Part shown: positions 1 through 11,959 of the stretch, piece after piece | Layout of the letters: each line of letters begins with the position of its first letter | How positions within the stretch are numbered: position 1 is the first letter of the stretch | Source of the DNA: Centroscyllium fabricii | Taxonomy: Eukaryota | NCBI GenBank assembly: GCA_051313645.2 | Contig: JBNRSN020000009.1 | Span: 65,224,001 to 65,288,000 of the forward strand | Length of the DNA: 64,000 nucleotides | Reading direction: 5' to 3' | Position numbers and translations under genes: made by a program | Notes under the pieces: generated by a model | Seen by the model: only the letters and a program-made list of their open reading frames with translations | Told to the model about the DNA's origin: nothing | Databases searched by the model: none

Positions 1-89
1 ATTTAAACTATATATCTATTGATATTATTACGGATGTGGTTGTATATATTCTGTTAGTACTGTTGTTATTACGTCTACTAATGTATTAT

Positions 90-165
90 TTTTATGTATA
101 TTACAATGCTTTGGCAACAATAAATGCCATTCATGCCAATAAAGCTATTTGAATTTGAATTTGAT
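90..165 (+). mobile_element. LINE 3' tail (AATAAA followed by TTGAAT repeats)
   Basis: aataaagctatttgaatttgaatttga resembles the Rex1-type tail at 25405-25428. Confidence 0.4.
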
Positions 166-1113
166 AAAAAGAGACAAAGGAAAAATAAATAAAGTTAAAT
201 TTGACATTTTATAAATCTCTAACAATTTACTGCATGCAGGAATGAGATTGAGCAGTTTATATTGTTCCCTTTCTAGGCCAGAGAGGTTGACAGTTATCAT
301 GTCATTAAACAGGTATTTATGCTGTTAAATTCCAACTCTATCTTCCTGCAGCGAGTTTAATGGACAATTAACGTGCAAATCCAGCAAGTTCTTAAAAATA
401 ACAGGATGCTAAGGACGAGATGTCGTTTGTGCGAAGCAAACAGCGGAGCAGCGTAAATCGACCAGCAGGTTCTGGAGATTCACAATTCACGCCGTATCTC
501 TTAATCCCGAGCTTGCTGGCCAATTTGCGCATTAGTGACAGCATTCATCGCTAACACACCATTATTTTTCCAGCAAGATTCAGCACATTGCTTTTGAAAA
601 ACCAAAGTAACTTTTTTTCCTAAATGCTGGGGGAAAAAAAGTCAAAAATCCTAAAGCGTGAAAGTATTGATACACTAAATAATAATAATGGACTACTCCC
701 CTAGGAATACCTCACCTCCACTCACCACCTCAACAGCCCAACCACAATGAGAAATTCAGCCTGTGATGGACACGCCAATATGCCACCAAACCTGTGCAAT
801 TCTACAAAGACCCAAATTGTTAATGGCTTAGCAGGAGAAATCACAGAATAGCGACCAACCAGCAGCCACAGGACACCCACACAAAATGACAAAGCATAAT
901 CTTTGTAGTTTTCAACATGGAACACAAATGCAGCACAAATATAAATTTCTTTGAAATATTGAAAGCAAAACAAGGTTAGTATATAAAATATTTGGAACAA
1001 AAATAGTACAGGAGAAACAAAGCATTCTAAGGTGGCAGTACCCAATTTTTATTATACATACACAAATGGAAATTTAATGACTAGGACTAAGAGCTAATGG
1101 TAGTTTGGAATAA

Positions 1114-1173
1114 CTTTTACAGATAGTACTCCTAAAACAAAGTCTTTTACAGATAGTACTCGTAAAACAAAGT
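1114..1173. repeat. 30-bp tandem duplication
   Basis: cttttacagatagtactc(c/g)taaaacaaagt twice, 1 mismatch. Confidence 0.9.
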
Positions 1174-1343
1174 TCATGCTACACAAGAATCAATTTCTAA
1201 AGTCAAAGTTTCAACAAAATCTAAAAAGCAACATGAATTAATAAAGCACAACCAAGCACTTTTTTCACAAGACACACGAACGGTATCACACCTGAAACTG
1301 TAGACAACATTGTGCATCACTCTGCTTCAGATGTGAGGCACCA

Positions 1344-1478
1344 CAGAACTCTGACGAAGGGACCCAGACCTGAAACGCTAACTCTGGTTCTCTCTCCACG
1401 GATGCTGCCTGACCTGCTGAGTGTTTCCAGAATTTTCTGTTGTTATTTCAGATTTCCAGCGCCGCAGTATTTTGCTAT
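1344..1478 (+). mobile_element. Penelope-like terminal fragment (family A) with degenerate hammerhead motif
   Basis: ctgacgaagggacccagacctgaaacg...tctctccacggatgctgcctgacctgctgag...gcagtattttgct; homologous to copies near 22538, 31385 and 39844. Confidence 0.7.
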
Positions 1479-1579
1479 GTGATTATAAACCAGTTTGACT
1501 TTGACGAATGCAGATATATCTGTACAAAACTAACATTCACCCTACAGTGGCAACAGTTCAGTGGATACGAAACTGGGAA

Positions 1580-1720
1580 ACAGAAACATAGAAACTAGGA
1601 GCAGGAGTGGGCCATTCGGCCCTTCGAGCCTGCTCCGCCATTCAATGAGATCATGGCTGATCATCCAAAACCAGCACCCTGTCCCTGCCTTCTTCCCATA
1701 TCCCTCGATCCCTATCGAAC
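1580..1720 (-). mobile_element. CR1 3' tail fragment
   Basis: Reverse complement of the CR1 3' ends at about 10100-10190 and 13360-13445. Confidence 0.75.
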
Positions 1721-1774
1721 CTCCATCGACACATATCCCACCCTATCCCCGTAACCCCACATATTCAAACCCCC

Positions 1775-1979
1775 TAACACTAAGGGTCAATTTATCATGG
1801 CCAATCAACCTAACCCGCACATCTTTGGACTGTGGGAGGAAACCGGGGCACCCGGAGGAAACCCACGCAGATACGGGGAGAATGTGCAAACTCCACACAG
1901 ATAGTCACCCGAGGCTGGATTTGAACCCGGGTCTCCAGTGCTGTGAGGCAACAATGCTAACCACTGTGCCACCGTGCCG
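1775..1979 (-). mobile_element. tRNA-derived V-SINE (HE1-type)
   Basis: Minus strand reads GGCACGGTGGCACAGTGGTTAGC (A box), GGGTTCAAATCC (B box), then the V domain TGTGTGGAGTTTGCACATTCTCCCC...GGTTTCCTCCCACAGTCCAAAGATGTG. Confidence 0.85.
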
Positions 1980-2028
1980 GGAAAGGCTGACCTTGTTCCT
2001 GGGACTAGGGACAGGGTCACTGGCAAGG

Positions 2029-2102
2029 CTTGGAAGCGAAGCAGAGCCAGGCCTGGTTAGTACTTGGATGGGTGACCACCAGGGAATACCAGGTGCAGAA
2101 GG
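2029..2102 (+). pseudogene. 5S rRNA pseudogene fragment (3' part)
   Basis: ggaagcgaagcagagccaggcctggttagtacttggatgggtgaccaccagggaataccaggtgc aligns to the 3' two-thirds of vertebrate 5S rRNA; 5' part absent. Confidence 0.85.
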
Positions 2103-2549
2103 TCACGAAAGGAGCCCCGGGGAGGGGCGGTTGGCTGAAGATTGTTGGAATGATGGAAAGATGGAATGGCGGCGCGCACAGACGCAGCGGCTTTGCTGGA
2201 CTCTTGGGGAGCTTGTAAGATCACATTTCGTTTTTTCATGTACTTGCACATCGTATAATGACAATAAAGTTGAATTATTATTAAAAAAATTAAAAAGGAA
2301 CTCCAAAAACAATCTCAGTGTGCATGGCTAGAAATTGCAAGCTAAACAAACAAACAAGTAGAAACAAAGATGATAGGAAATAAAACTGAAAATAGAATAA
2401 ATAAGCATTAAAAGAAGTAGAAAGTAAACAAAGCAAGAAGAAAAAGTAAGAAACAAATCAAAGAAAAGGACTTGGCGAGTTGGCAGCACTTCAGTTGCTG
2501 GTCAGCAAGCCCACCATATACTTTACCAAAAGAATGCTAAATGTTCAAT

Positions 2550-3230
2550 TGCAACAACTTGCATTTATATAGCACCTTTAACGTAGTAAAATGTCCCATG
2601 GTGCTTCATAAGAAATACAAATTGCAGGGATGGAAATCTGAGCACACTGGATCATAATGACAACGACAATTTACATTTATACAGCACCTTTAATGTAGAA
2701 AGAATTTTCAAAATGCTTCAGAGATGCAATCAAATAAAATGGATGCCAATCCAAAAGGAGGATAAATTAAGAGCAAACACTAGCTTAATGAAAGAGGTGG
2801 GTTTTAAGGAGGGTCTTAAATGAGGAGAGAGAGGTGGTGAGGCACAGAGGTCCAGGGAAAGAGTTCCAGGATGTGGGACCAAGGCGGCTGAAAGCACACC
2901 CACCAATGGTGGAGGTGAATGGAAAGAGATGCACAAGAGAACACAAGTCAAAGGAATGGAGAATTCGGGGTGGGCTGTTGAAACACTGGAGGGGCAAGGA
3001 CATGGAGGGATTTAAACAAGAATGAGAATTTTAAAACTGTGATATTGGGAAACCAGGAGCCAAAGTTGGCCAGCAAGGATGGGGCGATGGGTGAGTGGGA
3101 CATAATACTGGCAGCAGAGTTTTGGTTGAGCTAAAGTTTGCAGAAGGTGGAGAATGGGAAGCTAGTCAGGAGAGCATTGAACGGTAACAAATGCATTAAT
3201 CAGGTTTCAGTGTTAAATGGGCTGAGGCAC
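2550..3230 (-). mobile_element. L2-type LINE 3' fragments
   Basis: Two caacaacttgcatttatatagcacctttaa tails. Minus-strand peptide TIGGCAFSRLGPTSWNS...LSSFKTLLKTHLF is a typical L2 ORF2 C-terminus. Confidence 0.7.
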
Positions 3231-3361
3231 ACAATGTCAAAATAATCAATGGTCCTCAGGCATTTCAAAGGGGCTGATACTATTGCATAGCTCCTCACAA
3301 GCAGAAATGTGATACGACAGAACTTACCCCATACTTAATACTTCATCTACATAAGCAAACT

Positions 3362-3544
3362 TCTGCAAACGGCCGGCCTCCCCCTGCAAACGGCCGGCCT
3401 CCCGCTCCCCGACCCACAAACACGGAAATGCGCATGCGCAAGCGATCTGCGCATGCGCACTGGGGCCAACTCTAAAAACCATGTTTATCTGAAAACCGAA
3501 ACCCGCCCGGTCCCGAGGTTTTCGGATAAAGGGTTGTGTACCTG
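3362..3544. mobile_element. Truncated TA-flanked MITE (pogo/Tigger-like)
   Basis: Right end ttcggataaagggttgtgtacctg|ta matches the end of the MITE at 54448-54735. Two TGCGCATGCGCA motifs and a 20-bp internal duplication. Confidence 0.6.
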
Positions 3545-3686
3545 TACTGACTTGGCTTTCCTGCTACTACTGAATGTAGCAGTAATGAAAGCAAACTGTA
3601 GTGAGCAAAAAAGGGTTGCAGCCAAACTCCATCTAGCTCCAGCATGCTGCTCTTGCCTCTAGCACAACTTTTCCAAAATGTAAGAA

Positions 3687-3765
3687 GTCACACAACACCA
3701 GGTTATAGTCCAACAGCTTTACTAAAAATCACAAGCTTTCAGAGCGCTGCTCCTTCATCAGGTGA
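3687..3765 (-). mobile_element. Penelope-like terminal fragment (family B) with minimal hammerhead ribozyme at 3729-3765
   Basis: Minus strand: TCAC-CTGATGA-A-GGAGC-AGC-GCTCT-GAAAGCTT-GTGA, then CTGTTGGACTATAACCTGGTGTTGTGTG. Confidence 0.75.
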
Positions 3766-4644
3766 CTTTTCAGAACACTCACTAGCACCCTGTCTCCTCT
3801 ACGCAAAACAGGCCAAGTTAGGGAACAAATAACATTTAAACTCCATGTGCCAGTGCACCATATACATCATAACCACATCTTGATTTCAGGTTTGTATTGT
3901 TACAATTATAGAATCAATCACCTGAAGGTAGCCTTGACATATTTATTGTACTTCCATTTTGTCAATCTGATTAAGGGAGTGCAATCACAGAACCACTGTA
4001 TTTGGTGGTTGGTTGACCGATCAGCTGATGAACATAACCACTTGGAAAATCAATGAGTGATAATATTCTCATTTTATCCTTGCCCAGAATATCCTACCAA
4101 AGCCCAAAGGACACTAACTAACTCAATTTTAGTAACTTAATGAAAACCACAGGGTTTAATTCAGAATACGCTTTAAAAACAGCACATTTTCAATTGTGGA
4201 TACAACTGATAATCAAAGTAGTTTAGAAACAATTCCGAGGTTAAAGTTCAATTTTTCATACAGGATTCCCATACAATTGAAAGCGCTCCAACCTGGACTT
4301 CTTTGGAAAGGGTATGGTTTCTCACAAATTACTATTTCAGAATTTCAAAATCAGGTTTAAAAACTCGATTTCCAATATTCGGTGAATGTTAAAAAATTTA
4401 CCAACTTCATACGACTGTACTTCACATTTGGATGGATATCACGTTAGAATTTTACCTGAAATGTTAGTTGTAAATCAGTATTTACAAAGATAATCAGACA
4501 GATTAGCAGATCTCTCATGACGCTGTTCAAAGTCGGAAGATGCATGGTTTCATATCAATAGGGGTGTTTATGCCAGATAGGGTGTAATATATCAGGGCCA
4601 TTGATTAAGTGATACAAGTAAAATTCTATCTTTATTAAATGGTA

Positions 4645-5162
4645 CAGGTTGAGCACCGTTAATCCGTGTCCCTAATAGCCGGCAGCTTCAGTCTGCCGGC
4701 ACAAATTGCCCCGACTGCACTGCGCATGCGCAAAATGGCAGCCCCCATCGTGGCTTTAGCGAATGATCTGCGCATGCGCCGATCATTCAAAACAGCTGCG
4801 GGTGTTTTGAATGATCTGCGCATGCGTCACCGGACGGTTAGCGCATGCGCAGATAATTCAATACGGCCGCCCGTTATTTTCTCGACAGCTGAGCCCCGTG
4901 ACTGAGGCGGACAGTCACTAGGCAACAGCTGTCAGCCTGAGTCCCGCTCGGCGGCAGCAGCAACCCCAAAGGCGATGGAGAGGGACGGCGGACCCGGGCC
5001 CGATCTGCGCATGCGCGCGCCAGCCAATCGCAATGCTGCGCGCATGCGCGCGGCCATTTTGACTGGCGCGCATGCGCAGTGTCCAAACTCGTTCTCCCAG
5101 TTTTTTCCATTTCCCGGCACGGGCCTGGTCCCGCCCGTGCCCGATTAACGGTGCTCAACCTG
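4645..5162. mobile_element. Non-autonomous Tc1/mariner-superfamily (pogo/Tigger-like) MITE
   Basis: TA|CAGGTTGAGCACCGTTAATC...GATTAACGGTGCTCAACCTG|TA, perfect 20-bp terminal inverted repeat (TIR). Confidence 0.9.
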
Positions 5163-5255
5163 TATTCTGAAATTTGTGCTGGTGTTTTGGTGATTCAATT
5201 AAAACTATTAAATGAATGATATACAAAATTAAGTATCGCCCTTCACCTACATGTA

Positions 5256-5846
5256 CAGGTTGAGCACTGTTAATCTGGTAACCGAAAAGCCGGCAACTTC
5301 AATCGTCCGGCATAAATCGCCCTGACTGTCCTGCGCATGCACAAAATGGCTGCCGCGATCGATGCTTCGGCGAATGATCTGCGCATGTGCCGAACGGCGA
5401 GCGCATGCGCAGATCATTCAAAACGGCCGCCGGAGGCTGGACCGACCTTTGCCTCCTCATTCGTGCGCTGCCAAACGGTAAGGATCTGCCGCTCACTCTG
5501 GCCTCACTCCCGCAGCGCTGCCCAGGACCGGGCTCTACTAACTTGTTAGTGCTGCGCTGGGCCTGCAGCCTGGGCTTCAATTTATGGTTGTGTGCCGAGG
5601 TGGGGGGAGAGTCCCATCCTGTCTGCCTGGTGAGCCGAGCGGAGGGATCTTTGCACGGCGGGCTCTGGGCGGCTGCAGCTACACTGCAGGTGATCAAAAC
5701 TTCCGGCGGCTATTTCCAATGTTGTGCGCATGCGTGTGGCCATTTTGAATGGTGTGCGCGCACTGGCCGGCTTCATTCTACCGTTTTTTTCGTTCTACCA
5801 GCACGGGCCTAGTCCCGCCCATGCCGGTATAACGATGCTCAGACTG
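5256..5846. mobile_element. MITE of the same family
   Basis: TA|CAGGTTGAGCACTGTTAATC...TAACGATGCTCAGACTG|TA; internal homology to 4645-5162. Confidence 0.85.
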
Positions 5847-6161
5847 TACTTAGTTTTAAAGCTGAAAATACAGAGCAACGGTGATGTATAGGATGTACCA
5901 ATTGAAGTCAGATATCTGGTATGTATTTAGCAGCGCTGTATAGGGTGAGTGGTGGCAGTCCTGTGATTTGGTAGCACTGGAGACGATCCTTCACTTAGTA
6001 TTGCTGAGGGATAAACCTGGCCTCTGGCAGCAGTACAAGACCATCCTGGGCTTTGGCAGAATTTGGGGTAGAGTTCCTGAAGTCCTGCAGTGCTGTGCTG
6101 GAGCTGCTGAGAATTTCCTGCATGAGAGGACCTTTTGGGCTGGCATCACTATGGAGATAGA

Positions 6162-6946
6162 GGCCAAAATTTTCAAGACCCCGTGAGACGGGGTTTTCAG
6201 TGGGTCGGACGGCAAAATAGCGGAACCGGTGGATCACGACCCGCCCCCTGCCGCTTTTGCATTTTCAGCCGCCCTGTATCCCCGCCCCGGATCTTTCCCG
6301 CCGGCGGTGATGGTTGGTCAGCTCATTAAGGGCCCTCAATTGGCATCTGTAATGCCATTTTAAGGGCCCGTAGCAATTTTCACCCCCTTCCCACCCAAAC
6401 CCCGCCATCCTAAAACCCCACTGGTGAAACCCAGCGGGATCACAGTGGTGTTGCTAACTTTCTCCTTCAAGGTGTTGAAAGACCTACAGCAAAATGCTTC
6501 CCAGGCCTTCAACACCCTGGAGGAGTATGTCACTCCCTTGTGTCAATACCAGCTGAGGGGAAAACCTTAGAAAACTTACCTTCCCAGCTCCAGTGACAGC
6601 CGCTGCCTTGCCGGCAAAGATTTGAAGGCCGCCTGCCCACCTGTCACTCAACAGCACTTGGCCTCTCCCATTGGTTACACTCCACTGCGATGTCACAGTG
6701 GAGTGTTTCCATGGGAACTGTAAACACACAGTTCCCGCATCTGCCCGACAGCCTGGTGGAATGCCGTTTCAGCACCGTAATTGGCAACTCGACTGCTGCA
6801 TTTACCAGAGGCATCCCGCACATGGGGATTTAATTGAGTGATTAGGCGAAAATAGTGTTGGCTTCCCAGGCCATTGGTTGGGCGGGTCAGGAACCCGCCT
6901 CGACCAATCCCCGCCAGGTTCCTGCAACTCCAGGAAAATCCCCCCC
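6162..6946. mobile_element. Probable non-autonomous DNA transposon (GG..AATTTT termini)
   Basis: GC-rich island bounded by ggccaaaattttc and gaaaatcccccc; termini resemble the 14499, 40180 and 46211 family. Confidence 0.4.
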
Positions 6947-8349
6947 AGAATGTGGGTTTTGGCAAAACTATGGAGGGGACTGTAGGATTTGTCTCACTGG
7001 TGGATTCCTTGTGCCTGTCAGCAGTGAAGGAAAATGGGTATTCTATATCTGTCAGCATTAGTTTGTAACTGTTCAAGAGATCTTTGCACAAGAAATTTGG
7101 TATTTTGTGATTAGTTCCCAGAAGTGTATCTATCCCTCTGTCTGACCCTCTTTACCTGTGTCACACTCACTGCCTCTGTCTAACATGTGTCAGCAATTAG
7201 AATGTTTACATCATCAACAAATCAGACGATAGACTTTATTTCTCAAAATTGCTTTTTTAACTCAAATTAGGATGAAGAGGATGCTGTTCCTATGTTTCTC
7301 TCTCTCACAAGTGTCAGTAATTAGAAATGTTACATGTTCTAACTATTGAAAAATGAATCACAGCATGTAATCCTAAACCCCAGCGAAGGTCCCAGAATCC
7401 CATATTAATTCCTGTAACAGTCACAATTGCATCCTGTAACACTTTCCCCATCATACTTCCTCTAGCATTCCTGTTTGGAAAACAGTGCATCTTCCAAATC
7501 ACCATGCGCTATAGTATTAAAAGAATTGTATATAGCATGCACTTCCTGCAAGTGTCAATTTATTTTGTGTAACATCACTGTCCCATTGTTATAAAACAGC
7601 ATATGTTGCGACTCAACATGAACAATGCGACAGAGGATCTTGTATTGTGTGTTACACGCTACGCTTCCATTATAAATGAATATCCTCCTATTCACCACGA
7701 GCAAAGTTACAGAAAACCCACTTATATCTATAATATACTAAAAATCTTTCGATCATAATTAAGATCTCACACTGTTTTAGCTTAATTCAATCCAAACTTC
7801 ATATCAATTTCTGATTTTTCTGATCCTCAGAAAGTAGCGTTTATTTTAGTAATTCTTGATGTCTGCTTTGTTGCTTTCCCCACCACTACTATTGAGAATT
7901 TATTTTGTTGATTTCCATTTACCATGTTATTTATTTTTTCCCCAATTTATTTGCTTCTCAGTTCATTTAGTTCATTTTCCACCATGCAGCCCGCAGCATT
8001 CACACTGCCCCAGAGGCTGCAATTTAAATCTCACTACCTCAGAAGTCATTTAACTCCTGTGACCATTGTTCAGAAACCTGTTGTCTGCCTGAGAAGCAAA
8101 CGTCACTCCGTGCTATCTGAGAAGCCCCCACCATTTTCCTCACGCCTTGCTGACCGTCCAGTGCCCCAGAAACCTGTCGAATTTATTTTGTTTCAATTTG
8201 TTCCCTACAAACATTGCTAATTTATTTTCTCTCCTCCACTTCACTTGTTTATTTACTTGTATCTTCCACAGATTTAGCTCCCTGTCTCCCACCGCTCAAG
8301 AAACCTGCAACCAACTTTATGCAGCCAAAACTTGCTCCTCAACCGCCGC

Positions 8350-10190
8350 TGCAAAAGCTTTGATAGGTATGCAAAAAAGAAAAGATGAATTAAAGTAAAT
8401 GTGGGTCCCTTACAGGCGGAGACAGGAGAAATTATAATGGGGAATAAGGAAATGGCAGAGAAATTAAACAAATACTTTGTGCCTGTCTTCACGGAAGAAG
8501 ATACAAAAACACCTCCCGGAAATAACGGAGAATCAAGGGTCTACAGAGAATGAGAAACTGAAAGAAATTAGTATTAGCAAAAAAATAGTACTGGAGAAAT
8601 GAATGGGACTGAAAGCCAATAAATCCCCTGGACCTGATGGCCTGCGTCCTAGGGTTTTGAAAGAAGTGGCTAGAGATGGTGGATGCATTGGTTGTCATCT
8701 TCTAAAATTCCATAGATTCTAGAACGGTTCCCACGGATGAATGGTAGCAAATGCAATCCCATTTTTATGAAAGGAGGGAGAGAGAAAACGAGGAACTACA
8801 GACCAGTTAGCCTGACATTAGTAGGGAAAATGCTAAAATTTATTATTAAGGACGTGGTAACAGGGCACTTAGAAAATAATAATAGGATTGGGCAGAGTCA
8901 ACACTGATTTATGAAAGGGAAATCATGTTTGACGAATCTGTTAAGAATTTTTTTGAGGTTGTAACTAGCAGAATAGATAAGAGGGAACCAGTGGATGTAG
9001 TATATTTGGATTTTCAGAAGGCATTCGATAAGGTGCCATACCAGAGGTTATTAAACAAAATTAGGGCTCCTGGGATTGGGGGTAATGAATTGAGGATTAG
9101 TTTACGGACCAAAAACAAAGTAGGGATAAACAGGTCATTTTCGGGTTGGCAGGCTATAACTAGTGAGGTACCACAAGAATCAGTGCTTGGGCCTCAGCTA
9201 TTCACAATCTATATCAATGATTTGGATGAGGGGACCAAATGTAATATATCCAAATTTGCCAATGATACAAAGCTGGGTGGGAATGGAAGTTGTGAGGAGG
9301 ATGCAAAGAGGCTTCTAGGGGATATAGACAGGCTAAGTGAGTGGGCAAGAACATGGCAAATGGAATACTATGCGGAGAAATGTGAAGTTATTCACTTTGG
9401 CAGGAAAAATAGAAAAGCAGAGTATTTTTTGAAAATGGTGAGAGATTGGTAAATGTTGGTGTTCAGAGGGACATGGGTGTCCTTGTACACTAACCACTAA
9501 GTTAACATGCAGGTCCAGCAAGCAATTAGGAAAGCAAATGCTTTGTTGGCCTTTATTACAAGAGGATTAGAGTATAAAAGTAGACATCTTACTGCATTTA
9601 TACAGGGCCCTGGTGAGACCACACCTGGAGTATTGTGTACAGTTTTGGTCTCCTTATCTAAGGAAGGATATACTTGTCATAGAGGGAGTGCAATGAAGGT
9701 TCACCAGACAGATTCCTGGGATGGGGAGATTGTCCTATGAGGAGAGATTGAGTAGACTAGGCCTATATTCTCTAGAGTTTAGAAGAATGAGAGGTGATCT
9801 AATTGAAACATACAAAATTCTTACAGGGGTCGACAGGGAAGATGCTGGGAGGATGTCTCCCCTGTCTGGGGAGTCTAGAACCAGGAGTCAGAGTCTCAGA
9901 ATAAGGGGTCGGCCATTTAAGACTGAGGTGAGGAGAAATCTCTTCACCCAGAGGGTGGTGAATCTTTGGAATTCTCTACCACAGAAGACTGCGGAGGTAG
10001 AGTCGTTGAATAATCGTTGAGTATATTCAAGACAGAGATCAATAGATCTTTGGATATTAAGGGAACCAAGGGATATGGGGACAGTGCAGGAATGTGGAGT
10101 TGAGGTAGAAAATCAACCATGATCTTATTGAATGGCGGAGCAGGCTCAAGGGGCCAAATGGCCTACTCCTGCTCCTCTTTCTTATGTTCT
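8350..10190 (+). mobile_element. CR1 LINE, 5'-truncated, degenerate reverse transcriptase (RT)
   Basis: VDVVYLDFQKAFDKVP, VPQESVLGPQLF, SKFANDTK, RVVNLWNSLP; 3' tail ttcttatgttct. Confidence 0.95.
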
Positions 10191-10460
10191 AATGCTGTTA
10201 TTATAATTAATAAATTTGGAGAGCCCCTTTCGGTTAAATGGCAAACCAATTGTAACAGATGTTATTTGATTAATTTAATAAGCAGAAGACGATTGTATTA
10301 AATTGCAGAAAACAAGTAAAGGGGCAAAAGGGAGGAAGGAACGTAAAACAATCACTGGAGAAAATGTGCTAGGCAACTACTGGGACTAAAGGCTGACATG
10401 TCCCCTGGACCTGATGGCCTGCATCCTAGGGTCTTAAGATAAGTGACCGCAAAGATAGTG

Positions 10461-11959
10461 CAGGGTGCTACAAAATTTTTTTTTTTCCACTTGCCCAGTT
10501 GGGCAAGTGGATTTCTAAAACACTTGCCCGAACACAAATTGCACTTGCCCGAAATTTTTATATAGAACTGAATAAAGATTTTACATTTTTATTAAAATGC
10601 TTCAATATAAAGCCATAGATTGTGATTGTGCCTTTAGTTGCACTGGCCCGGTTTCTACCCCGCTCTGCCAGGGTCTCTCTCTCTCTACTCTGAACATTCT
10701 TCCCTCATTTACCAAACTTTCTGAAGCCTCCGCAGGCCACAGGCTCCCTCACTCTCTCGCCCCGCATACCTTTGTCCAGCAGCTGCTCCGGTTTTTTCTC
10801 TCGCACTCAGCGGGTCGATGGCACAGACCCACTCTTGCTGCGCGCCACCAGCCCGCTCCACCTAACCCGACTGCTGCCCCGTCCCGATTGACATGCCGCC
10901 TCCTCCAATCCCCGCCGCGCCGCCCGGCCGGCCAATCTGCACCCGCCTCCAGGATGGGATCCACCTACCCGTGTCCGTGACCTCGATCATCGAGCGGGCA
11001 AGCGGTTTGTTGTGCCCTGGACTGATCCTGGATTCGGTCTCTGGGTGCCAGCGTCCCTGGATTCGGTCTCTGGGTGCCAGCGTCCCTGGATTCGGTCTCT
11101 GGGTGCCAGCGTCCCTGGATTCGGTCTCTGGGTGCCAGCGTCCCTGGATTCGGTCTCTGGGTGCCAGCGTCCCTGGATTCGGTCTCTGGGTGCCAGCGTC
11201 CCTGGATTCGGTCTCTGGGTGCCAGCGTCCCTGGATTCGGTCTCTGGGTGCCAGCGTCCCTGGATTCGGTCTCTGGGTGCCAGCGTCCCTGGATTCGGTC
11301 TCTGGGTGCCAGCGTCCCTGGATTCGGTCTCTGGGTGCCAGCGTCCCTGGATTCGGTCTCTGGGTGCCAGCGTCCCTGGATTCGGTCTCTGGGTGCCAGC
11401 GTCCCTGGATTCGGTCTCTGGGTGCCAGCGTCCCTGGATTCGGTCTCTGGGTGCCAGCGTCCCTGGATTCGGCAGACTAGTGACATGTGCCCCTAATGGA
11501 TATGCATCAGAGCTCTGTCAGACCACTGACAAGCACCACCCCCCGGGACACACACTGGAAAAGCTGCCACTCCACTCGCACTGCAGCCACGTGACACGGG
11601 CCTGGCTCCATACGTTCAAAGGTTCCCCTCTGCCGCGGACACAGTGAAGTGAGCCGAGGTGTTGCGGCGCCGAGCAGCAGGCGGCCGGAGCAAGCTATGA
11701 TTGGCCAAGCATGGGTAGGGGGCGGGGCGCAGCGCGAGAAAACTGCCGGGCTGTGATTGGCCGAGCTCGGGCAGGGCAGAGTTCAAAACCAATCGGCCGA
11801 GGCGCGCTCGCCTCCAGGGCGGGATCCACCCACCCGTTCCCACAGCCTCACTCATCGAGCCTTACTTGCCCGGTCAGGCAAGTAAGATTTTCAATTACTT
11901 GCCCGGCGGCGCATTTTACTTGCCCCAGGCAAGCCGGCAAGCAGTTTTGTCGCGCCCTG
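10461..11959. mobile_element. Non-autonomous hAT-like DNA transposon with 5-bp target-site duplication (TSD)
   Basis: TIR CAGGGTGCTACAAAA / TTTTGTCGCGCCCTG (13 of 15). TSD TAGTG at 10456-10460 and 11960-11964. Clustered subterminal ACTTGCCC motifs at both ends. Confidence 0.85.
11027..11472. repeat. Minisatellite, 29-bp unit, about 15.4 copies
   Basis: Unit cctggattcggtctctgggtgccagcgtc, head-to-tail, no variation seen and no spacers. Confidence 0.97.

Noticed and set aside
2029-2102. Functional 5S rRNA gene or SINE3 head
   Set aside because: The 5' part is missing, there are many substitutions, and no SINE body is recognisable downstream.
1561-2331. 256-aa ORF
   Set aside because: It runs across a CR1 tail, an antisense SINE and a 5S fragment; a chance read-through.
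10893-11647. Long ORFs (140-211 aa) and CRISPR-like look of the 29-bp repeat
   Set aside because: Head-to-tail units with no spacers and no cas genes in a vertebrate locus; the ORFs arise from a stop-free repeat unit.
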